Translations under genes and position numbers: made by a program | The notes under the pieces: generated by a model | The model's database searches: none | Seen by the model: the letters and a program-made list of their open reading frames with translations, nothing else | What the model was told of the DNA's origin: nothing | Virus record (IMG/VR): IMGVR_UViG_3300032007_000067 | Coordinates: 13,218-77,217 of that record | From: a virus | Taxonomy: Duplodnaviria; Caudoviricetes | Reading direction: 5' to 3' (one strand) | DNA: 64,000 bases | Part shown: positions 47,728 to 56,678 of the stretch, piece by piece | Layout: each line of letters begins with the position of its first letter | Numbering within the stretch: position 1 is the stretch's first letter

Positions 47728-47743
47728 CGTGATTAATCTCACG
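47728..47743. promoter_or_regulatory. CRP-like palindrome
   Basis: CGTGA-TTAATC-TCACG, intergenic, upstream of an extended -10 TGTTATAAT (minus strand). Confidence 0.4.
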
Positions 47744-47777
47744 TTATTTGATTAATCAGCCATAAACTGTTATCAGA

Positions 47778-48257
47778 TTACAGATTAAATTCCTGCTGAA
47801 TCAGGTTTATTCTCTGTCTCCAATAAGCCCTCTGTAGTTTATCCGGAGCATACTCTTCCTCAGTTAATTGCCCCTCTGCATACTTGATAGCTTTATAGTC
47901 AGTATCAGAGAGTTGTTTCTTAAGCTGAGTAATTTCTAAGCGATATTGATCCTTGAGCTTATCTTCCTCCGTTTTCATGGGACAAAGTTCTTTCTTGTAA
48001 GTCCATCCGTTAATATCAGATTGCTGAGTATCTTCTATTGCGATGTAATTATTCTCAATATCCCATCCTGACTTATAGGCTAATTCTGCTGATTGAGTAA
48101 AACTGCCTAAATGACCATCAGGATACATTTTCTCATAAAAATAAACATTCTCCGGTGCATTGCTCCAAGGGTAAGTAATAGGAGATTCATAAATTCCATC
48201 ATCAATGGAGTGAATACCCTCTAACTCATTAAATTCAATTTCTGTGTTTTCTGTCAT
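47778..48257 (-). CDS. fibre assembly/chaperone-like protein
   Basis: C-terminal LKKQLSDTDYKAIKYAEG...RAYWRQRIN motif, typically downstream of fibres. Confidence 0.7.
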   Translation of the reverse strand: MTENTEIEFNELEGIHSIDDGIYESPITYPWSNAPENVYFYEKMYPDGHLGSFTQSAELAYKSGWDIENNYIAIEDTQQSDINGWTYKKELCPMKTEEDKLKDQYRLEITQLKKQLSDTDYKAIKYAEGQLTEEEYAPDKLQRAYWRQRINLIQQEFNL

Positions 48258-48266
48258 ATTTGCTCC

Positions 48267-51200
48267 TTAGACGTTTCCTAGACAAGGATAAAAACGAGCA
48301 TAAAATAATGTTCCGCAAACCGTTCTAATGCGAACTCTGTTACCTGCTACAAGCGGAAGCATTCCGAAAATCGTATTGATATTAGCAGGAGCGAAACTCG
48401 CTCCCCATCCGTTATTTCTATCGCAGTACATACTGAGGGAGGGAGAATTGTTCCCCACGCATACACTGATCCAGCCGTTAACAGCCGGTGTGTAGAAATT
48501 ATCTGTTCCATCCAGATTAGTTATATTACCGGAAATATCCGCAAAAGATGCAGCATCAGGTAAACTCAACGCCCCCGGATTCACGCCGTTGAGGGTTTTC
48601 CATTTGTTTGTGGATGTGCCGAGATCAGTAACATTATTAGTGATAGGCTTTAAACTGTTTTCATTACCGTCATTTGTAACCCTGACCGCCTCCATCATAT
48701 CCATGATCAGATAATGCGGGGCTACTCTCCATAAATTAAATGATGAATCGGGTGTATAGCCATCATTAGTGTCTCCTTTCTTATCTGTAGATCTCACAAG
48801 TTTAAATTGAGCGTTTCTATCCGGAGAAGCTCCTGTTGAGTAACCAGCAAACAAAAAGGTACCATATGACGAATAATTTGAGCTGCCACGAGTATTAAAA
48901 AATATTGTATTACTATTTGCAGAAAATCCTAATGTTGGATCGTTTAACGAAGATATACTTGATAACGGAGCATTTTTATTAAATCTGTTATTTTCAGACC
49001 ACGCATTTACTTTATCCAACCCCCAAGCAGTCCCATTATAATAGTAGTTCTTTGCATAGAGGTTGTTCCATTGATGTGTAGAATCACCTATATTAAATGT
49101 CTCAGTTGTGTAAGGATAAAGCGAGTTATTAACATATCCACTCCAATTAAAATAAGAAGTACCATTTGAAGTAATCGTCTGTTTAACACCCTGATAAGCC
49201 TGAGTTCCTGTAGGATCAAGTGCTCCATTTTTATATTTGTTTGACACAAGCATTTCAATAGAGATGTCACCGCTTGTATCATATTGATGTCTTAACCAAC
49301 CGATATTAACTCCGTTTTTATCCTTAAATAACAGTCCGTTGCGATTTTGGGCATTTGGAGCAACGCCTATCTCAGTACCGTCAATAACAATATTTTGATA
49401 CTTAGTATAGGTATTATCACCTGTCCACACATTAGCAGAATTAAACAAATCCGTAATATCTGCCTTGCTATGTGTATGAGCAACCGGGGTTCTTGCGTTT
49501 GATAACCTACTGTCATTTCCTTCGCAGAAAGTATTTGCGGCATTTCCGAAACTGCCTGCCTGAACAACGCCGCCAGTTCCGGTAATTAAAGGAAGGTTTG
49601 CGGTTGTTCCTAACTTTCCGTCATTCGTAATACTGCCGTGAACGTGGTTTGATGCTGAAAATTCGGAAGCATTGTGAGTTGCAATATCTCCGAATGCGGT
49701 TGTGCCGAGATAATATGAATCAGCATAAACAGATTTCCATTTATTAGAAGATGTGCCTAAATCTATAACAGAATTTGTTGGTTTAACTGAATCTGGATTG
49801 AAAGAAACTTCGACTGAGGTAGTTCCATCATTTGATTTTATTTTTGATGAGCCATCATCTTTTAAAACGAATTCCGCACCATCATACCAATTAGCATTTC
49901 TTAAATGCCCTATTTCTAACTTATCATTATAGCTTCTGATTACAGTTCTTGAAAGCCCTGTATTATCATTAAATCTGATATTGCAAGAACCTGAAGAAGT
50001 TCCTTTTTGAATGGATAAGTCTACATTTGTTGAATTTGAAAAAGTCTTGGTTCCTGAAATCGTCTCATTTCCTGTCTTATGAACAACCCCAGAATCATCT
50101 GCTTTTGCATTCAGTTGTGTCTGAATTGCAGATGTAACCCCTGAAAGATATCCAAGTTCCGTATCCGTAACCGAAGAAACCGTGATTTTCTTAGAGGAAT
50201 CTGAAATCAGAGCACGAGAAGCAGTCGGAAGTTTACCGTCATTACTCACGTTGCCGTGAGTATGACTTGAAGGCGTAAAACTTGAAGGTTTGCCTGTAAC
50301 ACCAGACCACGGTACTGAAGTTGCCGAACCGGCAGTAAATTCAGTATAACCATCAGCAGAATCAAGTTTTGTTTCATCAGTAACAACATACATCACGCCG
50401 GTATCAAGTTGCTGAACCGTATCCCCTAACTGAACATCATCAGTTGTCAGGGCGAATCTTGCGGCTTGATCCGCAACCTTTACAAGCCTTTCAAGTGATC
50501 CTTTCGGCAATCTTGCAATATCAATAGTCCCACTTGTGATCTTGCTTGCGTCTAAATTCGGTATTCTTGCGATATTGAAAGTGCCGGAGGTTACATCGCT
50601 TGCGGCATGAGTATGAACAAGCGGAGCCTTGCCATCAAGTTCAGATTTTACAACCTTGTTCTGCAAAGCGTTTTCAGACGTTGCTGACAGTTCATTGTCA
50701 ATAGGATTGTGCTGCGTGAGAAAGCCCGCATCGTTATCAAGTTCAGAAGTCTTTGTCGGTATTGCCAGATTAGCCGTTACATTCGAACTTGCGTTTGCCG
50801 TAAACGTTGCTACATCTGTTCCGTTCTTCTGAATTGTCAAAGTAGCGTTATTCACAGTGGGAATAGTCGGAGCGTTCAGCAAGTCACCGTAATCTCCGGT
50901 AGTTGCAACCGTGGCAAGATCCGCAGAATTTGCCTTGTCCGGAACGGCGGCAATGTTATTAAGCTGAGTCTGACTCAAAGCGTCCTGTTTACCGTTCCAT
51001 GCCGTGCGGTCAGAAGAACTTACATGAGCGGAACTGTCGGCTACATGAGCATCATACCCCGTTACTTTTGTATCTGTAACACCGGAATTAACCGCATTAA
51101 GTTGTGTCTGAGAAAGTCCGTCCTGTTTTGCGCTCCATGCGGTTTTATCAGAACTGGTAACATGAACCACCGTGTCAGCAACATGCGTGTCATATCCCGT

Positions 51201-51698
51201 TACTTTTGTTGCATTTACGCCTGAATTAACAGCGGCGGTCTGATCGGTGTCGAGTGCGTTTTGCTTACCGTTCCACGTGGAACGTTCGGCGGCGGTGATA
51301 TGAACCTCAGTGTTCGCAACATGAGAGTCATATCCTGTTACCTTTGATGCGGTAATACCGGACGCAACGGCGGGCAAAGCATTGGTTTCAGACTTTGTAT
51401 AGTAATTGTCCATCTCGGTTGCGGAGGTTCCTATCGGTTCCCACGCATTGTTTATATACATATACTCGTCATACAGATCGCCGCTCTGCTGAGAGTTTCG
51501 CAACATGTAAATAACGTTTGTTTTGATATTGTCAGTCGGCAGGGAATTTACAATCTCCCTTGTCAGCCCCGCAGAAGATAATGCCTGAACTGTTTCAATA
51601 AGATTATCAAGCGTATCCCAGTTATTTTTAAGACCGTTATAACAATTACGCTCTCCCTGATCCGGCAGGTAAATCCCGTTGTCTAATGTTCCGCCCAT
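48267..51698 (-). CDS. fibre protein (tail or head fibre)
   Basis: 1143 aa; three 46-aa repeats, HxH motifs, VPWSGVTGKP, TISGTKTFS, DLGTSSNKWK, C-terminal FYARFYPC. Confidence 0.8.
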   Translation of the reverse strand: MGGTLDNGIYLPDQGERNCYNGLKNNWDTLDNLIETVQALSSAGLTREIVNSLPTDNIKTNVIYMLRNSQQSGDLYDEYMYINNAWEPIGTSATEMDNYYTKSETNALPAVASGITASKVTGYDSHVANTEVHITAAERSTWNGKQNALDTDQTAAVNSGVNATKVTGYDTHVADTVVHVTSSDKTAWSAKQDGLSQTQLNAVNSGVTDTKVTGYDAHVADSSAHVSSSDRTAWNGKQDALSQTQLNNIAAVPDKANSADLATVATTGDYGDLLNAPTIPTVNNATLTIQKNGTDVATFTANASSNVTANLAIPTKTSELDNDAGFLTQHNPIDNELSATSENALQNKVVKSELDGKAPLVHTHAASDVTSGTFNIARIPNLDASKITSGTIDIARLPKGSLERLVKVADQAARFALTTDDVQLGDTVQQLDTGVMYVVTDETKLDSADGYTEFTAGSATSVPWSGVTGKPSSFTPSSHTHGNVSNDGKLPTASRALISDSSKKITVSSVTDTELGYLSGVTSAIQTQLNAKADDSGVVHKTGNETISGTKTFSNSTNVDLSIQKGTSSGSCNIRFNDNTGLSRTVIRSYNDKLEIGHLRNANWYDGAEFVLKDDGSSKIKSNDGTTSVEVSFNPDSVKPTNSVIDLGTSSNKWKSVYADSYYLGTTAFGDIATHNASEFSASNHVHGSITNDGKLGTTANLPLITGTGGVVQAGSFGNAANTFCEGNDSRLSNARTPVAHTHSKADITDLFNSANVWTGDNTYTKYQNIVIDGTEIGVAPNAQNRNGLLFKDKNGVNIGWLRHQYDTSGDISIEMLVSNKYKNGALDPTGTQAYQGVKQTITSNGTSYFNWSGYVNNSLYPYTTETFNIGDSTHQWNNLYAKNYYYNGTAWGLDKVNAWSENNRFNKNAPLSSISSLNDPTLGFSANSNTIFFNTRGSSNYSSYGTFLFAGYSTGASPDRNAQFKLVRSTDKKGDTNDGYTPDSSFNLWRVAPHYLIMDMMEAVRVTNDGNENSLKPITNNVTDLGTSTNKWKTLNGVNPGALSLPDAASFADISGNITNLDGTDNFYTPAVNGWISVCVGNNSPSLSMYCDRNNGWGASFAPANINTIFGMLPLVAGNRVRIRTVCGTLFYARFYPCLGNV

Positions 51699-51713
51699 TT
51701 TAAACCTCTGTTA

Positions 51714-52103
51714 TTAAGGATTGCCATACGGATCAACGCCGTACTGATCTAAACCGTATCCGGCATTGTCTAAAATGCCGATTATTTTCGCCCAGTCTGA
51801 ACTTCTCTGACCGAGATCAACATAAACCTCACCCGTTGCTCCGGTGGTCAAAGTCGTATTTGCCTGAACCACAAGAATAAACTCATCCCCTTTACTGATC
51901 TCATAATTCGTTTCTTCTCCGGAAAGAGAAGTGGTGAACGTGCAATCACCTGTTACCGCAACAAATTTCAAACGCAACCTCTCCGGTATCAGAACCGAAT
52001 TGCCGTTTGACAAAGGTTTGTCGATCCACGGCTGTACCGTTGCAAGTCTCGCCCCGTAATGCCGCCAGTGCGTAAAATACCCGTTTGAATTTGTAAAAGT
52101 CAT
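51714..52103 (-). CDS. hypothetical protein (possible decoration/fibre adaptor)
   Basis: 129-aa ORF between the capsid-downstream gene and the fibre. Confidence 0.6.
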   Translation of the reverse strand: MTFTNSNGYFTHWRHYGARLATVQPWIDKPLSNGNSVLIPERLRLKFVAVTGDCTFTTSLSGEETNYEISKGDEFILVVQANTTLTTGATGEVYVDLGQRSSDWAKIIGILDNAGYGLDQYGVDPYGNP

Positions 52104-52123
52104 TTCAGTTCACCGTCTGATAA

Positions 52124-52609
52124 TCAGTTCTTCTTACGCTTTTTAGCTTTCGGGGAATCATCCAGTATTGCCGTGATATCAGCATCGCTCACGTTTGCAA
52201 CTTCTGATACCTTTGCTTTAATTGCGTTTTGCAGTTCAGCCCGTTTAATGCCTTCTGCAACCATGTTTGCGATCTGCTTTTCACGAACCTGTTGCAACAG
52301 TTCACGTTCATTCACCGGCTTGTTATCAGCCATCTCAACCACATCAAGTTTCTGTGTAAGTTCCTGTATCTCCGCCTGAATCTTAATAAGTTCTTTACGC
52401 TTTTCGTCAAGTTCGGCCATCAGACTTTCTTTCTTAACCTTACCCGAATCAGCCTTAAACAGCATTTCTACCTGAGCAAGGGTGATTGCGGGATCTTTAA
52501 ATGCTTCAATGATCGCCAGTCTTGCGGCGTTAAAATCTTTCTGCATTTCGGATTTTTGCTCGTCAGAAAGTCCCTGAACCCAGTTATAAGCACGTTCAAT
52601 CGCTCTCAT
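52124..52609 (-). CDS. coiled-coil hypothetical protein
   Basis: 161 aa, AAAGGA SD, follows the major capsid gene. Confidence 0.7.
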   Translation of the reverse strand: MRAIERAYNWVQGLSDEQKSEMQKDFNAARLAIIEAFKDPAITLAQVEMLFKADSGKVKKESLMAELDEKRKELIKIQAEIQELTQKLDVVEMADNKPVNERELLQQVREKQIANMVAEGIKRAELQNAIKAKVSEVANVSDADITAILDDSPKAKKRKKN

Positions 52610-52645
52610 TATGTATTCCTTTGTGTTGTCTTAACATTGTTTCAG

Positions 52646-52671
52646 AAAAGGGTACTGGTTTCCCAGTACCC
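52646..52671 (-). terminator. intrinsic terminator after the capsid gene
   Basis: GGGTACTGG-GAAA-CCAGTACCC-TTTT. Confidence 0.85.
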
Positions 52672-52691
52672 CCGTACCGTCAAATCAAGGA

Positions 52692-53735
52692 TTAAGATTC
52701 ACGGGTTACAAGTTCAACCATCTGACAGCCACGAACATCACCAACAACACGCCGCCAAGAACCGGCGTTAGCAAGGTTGGTAGAAGTAGCATCATTAGAC
52801 GGGCCGCCGACAGCGGTGCTTGCGCCCACATAGGAATAACCCTTCGGAGCAATAGCGTTACACCATCTTGCATACATGGTGGAAACGCCGTAGCCGTTGC
52901 CCTGTGCCTGCTGCTTTTCATAGGCAAGAGGCTCGTCAACGGAACCAAAACCAAGACGGAACTGATCACGTCCGACAATATAGGTACTGCATACGGCAGA
53001 ACCGGAGGTTACAGTTACCGGAACATTGTTGTTCAGGATAATCTGATAGCCGTTGTAGTAGTAAGTCGGAGCGGAAGCAGTAGAAGGAATACGGGTGTCA
53101 ATCACATCCTGTTTCTGCATATTTGCAAATACAAGCGGATGAACCATAATCATACCAAAACCATCCTGAGCGTCACCCAACAGGGAGATAGCGTCAATAA
53201 GGGCGTTTACGCTGAAATCGGTAGTACCTTTTAGGTAAGAACCGGAGTTAGCGGTGGACAGGTCAATACGCTGGTCATTCTGAGTGTGATAAGTGTCGGT
53301 GGCACTTGCGTTGTTGGCAAAAATACCCTTTACAACTGCAAGGAACTGCTTCTGCAAAGCACCTACACGGTAGTCGGCAACACGGGAACCAATGAAAGCC
53401 ATCGGGTCGGAACCGGTCAGCATCTTGTCAAGATCGGCAACCTGCCATGCAACGGCACGAACGCACCGAGGTACGAGCAGATTGTTGGCAGTTACCTTCT
53501 CAGGGGTAATAACGTCAGCAGGATTGTCGGTAGCAACAACTTCGCCGGTTTCAGCAAGGTTGTTGTAGAACGGGAAGTTAAATACAGCGCCGCCGCCATT
53601 CAGAAGGCGATCAAGAGTGCCGTCACGGGTAACAGCGCCGGACTGAACAAGGTTAAGTTTGCGAACAACTTCCTCGGCAACATAGGGTTCAAACACCTCA
53701 GGTACAATGAGGTCGGTAATACGAGTAGTAGCCAT
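52692..53735 (-). CDS. major capsid protein
   Basis: MATTRITDLIVPEVFEPYV..QSGAV..FNFPFYNNL; high-expression codons; position after the scaffold. Confidence 0.9.
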   Translation of the reverse strand: MATTRITDLIVPEVFEPYVAEEVVRKLNLVQSGAVTRDGTLDRLLNGGGAVFNFPFYNNLAETGEVVATDNPADVITPEKVTANNLLVPRCVRAVAWQVADLDKMLTGSDPMAFIGSRVADYRVGALQKQFLAVVKGIFANNASATDTYHTQNDQRIDLSTANSGSYLKGTTDFSVNALIDAISLLGDAQDGFGMIMVHPLVFANMQKQDVIDTRIPSTASAPTYYYNGYQIILNNNVPVTVTSGSAVCSTYIVGRDQFRLGFGSVDEPLAYEKQQAQGNGYGVSTMYARWCNAIAPKGYSYVGASTAVGGPSNDATSTNLANAGSWRRVVGDVRGCQMVELVTRES

Positions 53736-53868
53736 TTTAATTATTTCTCCAAAATGTCATGAGCAAACATGACTAAATAATATAAGGGAAAACCATAAAT
53801 CATAAAATCATCTCAGCATCACGCATTGAAGATCGCTATAAGAAAATCACTTTCAAACAGCAAAACGC

Positions 53869-53897
53869 AATATACCACAACTAAAAAATAAATGCAA
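53869..53897 (-). promoter_or_regulatory. promoter of the capsid gene
   Basis: TTGCAT-17 bp-TATATT. Confidence 0.55.
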
Positions 53898-54021
53898 ATC
53901 AGGTATGTTTTTTAGACATTCATTTAAAATTGTTTATAAAGCGTATGATAGAAAATTGTATAACACACAAAAACTTCAAGTCAAATTCACTAAAAACCGG
54001 TATAAACCCTGAGCAACAAAT

Positions 54022-54043
54022 AAAAAGCGGGTATAAAACCCGC
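54022..54043 (-). terminator. intrinsic terminator after the scaffold gene
   Basis: GCGGGT-TTTAT-ACCCGC-TTTTT. Confidence 0.75.
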
Positions 54044-54070
54044 CTGTAAATTTATCTGCAATTCGCCGAA

Positions 54071-54946
54071 TTACTTTTTGTAAAGATACTGCTTGATAAA
54101 GGGATAGCGTTCCACGATCTCTTTTTCAATTCCGGCTTTTCTTGCAACTGCAAGGGTAGCGGCGGGATCTTCCATTGCCGACTGCACCAGTTTGGTAACA
54201 TTCACGCCACCGTTTTCACCGGTATTAGTCCATGAGTCAATACCGACAACATTTCCACTTGATCCGCCAGCACCGCCACCGATTGATCCGCCGAAAAGAT
54301 AAGGCTTGCTCTTTTTAAGGAACTGCGCCCATGAATCCACGGAAATACCGGCGGGAAAATTACCGGAATTACCTTCCTTAACTCTTACAGAACCATCTTC
54401 AGCGGTTTCAAGCACATTTACCGCCCACATAAGACCATCATCTTCAGCACCTTCGGCAATACCGTTCTGACGCAAAGCCTTGCGAGCCTGATCTTTCAAG
54501 GAGTTGAGTTTACGTTCATTTTCGTAACGTTCATTCTGCTTTAACAGGGCGTTAAACTTGTCATTCAGGTCGTTGAATTTAAGCTCAAGATCGGCTTTTG
54601 AACTCTTTAGCTTAACCACATCACTCTCAGAGGATTTAAGATTTGCAAGTTCGGTCTGCATACCCTTGACAGCAGTAGCGTCAAGACCGCCGTAAGAATC
54701 AATCACCCCTTGCAGTTCCTTAATCTTTGCCTGATTACCCTTATTCAGTTCCCGTTCCGAGTTCAGTGCCTTGCGGATATTGTCAAAATCATTCTGAAAG
54801 GGGATATCAGCCATGATCTGAAATTTACCGTCAGTAGTTTCGGCGTAAAGTCCTCTGTACTGTTCACTTACATTGTCAAGACTGTCAACTACCGGATCAA
54901 TAACCGGCTTTACATTAGGATCTTTAAATGTCATATTGTTAATCAC
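54071..54946 (-). CDS. capsid scaffolding protein
   Basis: VDSLDNVSEQYRGLY..DGKF, coiled coil, KPYLFGGSIGGGAGG. Confidence 0.8.
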   Translation of the reverse strand: MINNMTFKDPNVKPVIDPVVDSLDNVSEQYRGLYAETTDGKFQIMADIPFQNDFDNIRKALNSERELNKGNQAKIKELQGVIDSYGGLDATAVKGMQTELANLKSSESDVVKLKSSKADLELKFNDLNDKFNALLKQNERYENERKLNSLKDQARKALRQNGIAEGAEDDGLMWAVNVLETAEDGSVRVKEGNSGNFPAGISVDSWAQFLKKSKPYLFGGSIGGGAGGSSGNVVGIDSWTNTGENGGVNVTKLVQSAMEDPAATLAVARKAGIEKEIVERYPFIKQYLYKK

Positions 54947-55027
54947 CTCAAATTTGAAAGTTAAGCCGATTATATCATAACATAAAAAAATTAAACTGTT
55001 GTGTTAAAAATATAACCGGCTGATAAA

Positions 55028-56614
55028 TTATTTTGCTTTCTTCACATTGTTAATATCCGCAGATGCACCTGTTGTCTGATTTGCTACACTGGTCGCAGAT
55101 CGTCCGGCATTTCCGGCATTGTTACCGTTCAAAGGATTCAGTCCCGAATTGCTTGAGGTAAGCTGATTCTGAGGCATAAGAAGATCCCTGAGACCGGATT
55201 TCTTTTCCTTCTTAATCATCTTAATCTGAGTATCAAACGGTTCCTTTGCGTATCCCTTGCTCTGAGCATATTCATAAGCAGACTGGAAAGACATCGGAAA
55301 GCCGAGACTGATCGCCGTGGTGATTTTGACAAGATCATCACCGCTCGCACGATAATCACAGAACTCAAGATTAGGCTGAACAACCACTTCTTCCTCATTT
55401 GCCCCGATCCATCTCGCAATGATTCTGAGGGCTTTCTGGAGACCAAAAGCACCGGTCAAAGCGATCTGATTCAGCGTGGCAGTCTGAGCGGTAAGTCTTG
55501 TTTTCAGGCTTTCTCCGGTTTCAAAATTGCCGGAGTTCATGAGAAGATTACCGGATTTTTCCTCACACCTTGCGTAAATATTCTCAAGAGCGGAACGCAT
55601 TTCGGGAATACCGGAACCGGAAACACCGATAAACTCGGCAGAACCGTCTGTTCCGACATTCAGCACCGCCCCGGCTCCGGTTCTTATACCCTGTTCCTGA
55701 GCGTTCTTACTGTTATCCTGCGGGGCGTTGACATCAGCATTGAGTAAATGCCCCTTAATGACAAGGGTATCCTGCCCCTGCATGTGAAGTGCCTGTCTGT
55801 AATCGGCTGATAACTGATACGCACTCAATGAATTATTTGCAAGATCATCAAGAGGAGGATAATCAGGACGAGGCAGACAATCGCACGAGTTAATAAAGAC
55901 GAAAGGTATTTCATGTAACTTTGTACCCAAATAGGACGGCGTGAACATGGCGTTCGGATTAAAGTCGGTGGTATCAGTGAAAACACCCTGTTTGTAAACG
56001 TCAGATTCGTTCACAATGTTGCCGTCTCCCAGCAGACATACACGGTATCGGGTAACGTCATTCCATGTAAAATTTTCGCAAACATGTTCAATTTCTTCCA
56101 TGACAACCATGTTAAGGTCAGTCTTGCCGTGAGCATTGTCGCTTTCATTCCAGTTAATCACACTGAACGCATCATAAAATGCAAGATAAGGCTCCCCGCC
56201 TTTGATGTCAGTATTAAGATCGGCAAAAAGCCCACAACGTCCGATTTTAACCTGAGCGGTATTGATCATTCTCAAAAGGCTTTCAAGGCTCTGACCGTCC
56301 TTTGTGGCATGTTCTCTCAAATACTCCATCTCGGAAGGAAGCTGAATTGTCGGGGAACTCTGATGGCAAAGACCGACATAACGCTCAACCGCTGTCTTGA
56401 CATGATTGATATACTCTGCCCGCTCTTTGTAGGAATTGTAGATTCTCTCACCGAGACTTCCGGGAACTCCGGCTCCGTCAATAATCATACCGGCTGATGC
56501 GGGGAGATATTTCAACCCTTTGGATTTAACAACCTTTTCGCCCCGGTACAGATCATCAAGTTTCTGCCAGTAAGGGAGCATAAGGGTGTATTCATAATTG
56601 TTTGAATTAAGCAT
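55028..56614 (-). CDS. portal protein (DUF4055-like)
   Basis: KYLP..YKERA, GRCGLFAD, EIPFVFIN, YQLSADYRQALH, ETGESL. Confidence 0.9.
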   Translation of the reverse strand: MLNSNNYEYTLMLPYWQKLDDLYRGEKVVKSKGLKYLPASAGMIIDGAGVPGSLGERIYNSYKERAEYINHVKTAVERYVGLCHQSSPTIQLPSEMEYLREHATKDGQSLESLLRMINTAQVKIGRCGLFADLNTDIKGGEPYLAFYDAFSVINWNESDNAHGKTDLNMVVMEEIEHVCENFTWNDVTRYRVCLLGDGNIVNESDVYKQGVFTDTTDFNPNAMFTPSYLGTKLHEIPFVFINSCDCLPRPDYPPLDDLANNSLSAYQLSADYRQALHMQGQDTLVIKGHLLNADVNAPQDNSKNAQEQGIRTGAGAVLNVGTDGSAEFIGVSGSGIPEMRSALENIYARCEEKSGNLLMNSGNFETGESLKTRLTAQTATLNQIALTGAFGLQKALRIIARWIGANEEEVVVQPNLEFCDYRASGDDLVKITTAISLGFPMSFQSAYEYAQSKGYAKEPFDTQIKMIKKEKKSGLRDLLMPQNQLTSSNSGLNPLNGNNAGNAGRSATSVANQTTGASADINNVKKAK

Positions 56615-56678
56615 AATTTTCCCTCATGGTTCAATAATACATCGTATATCATACGCATGACATATCGTACAAAAATTA

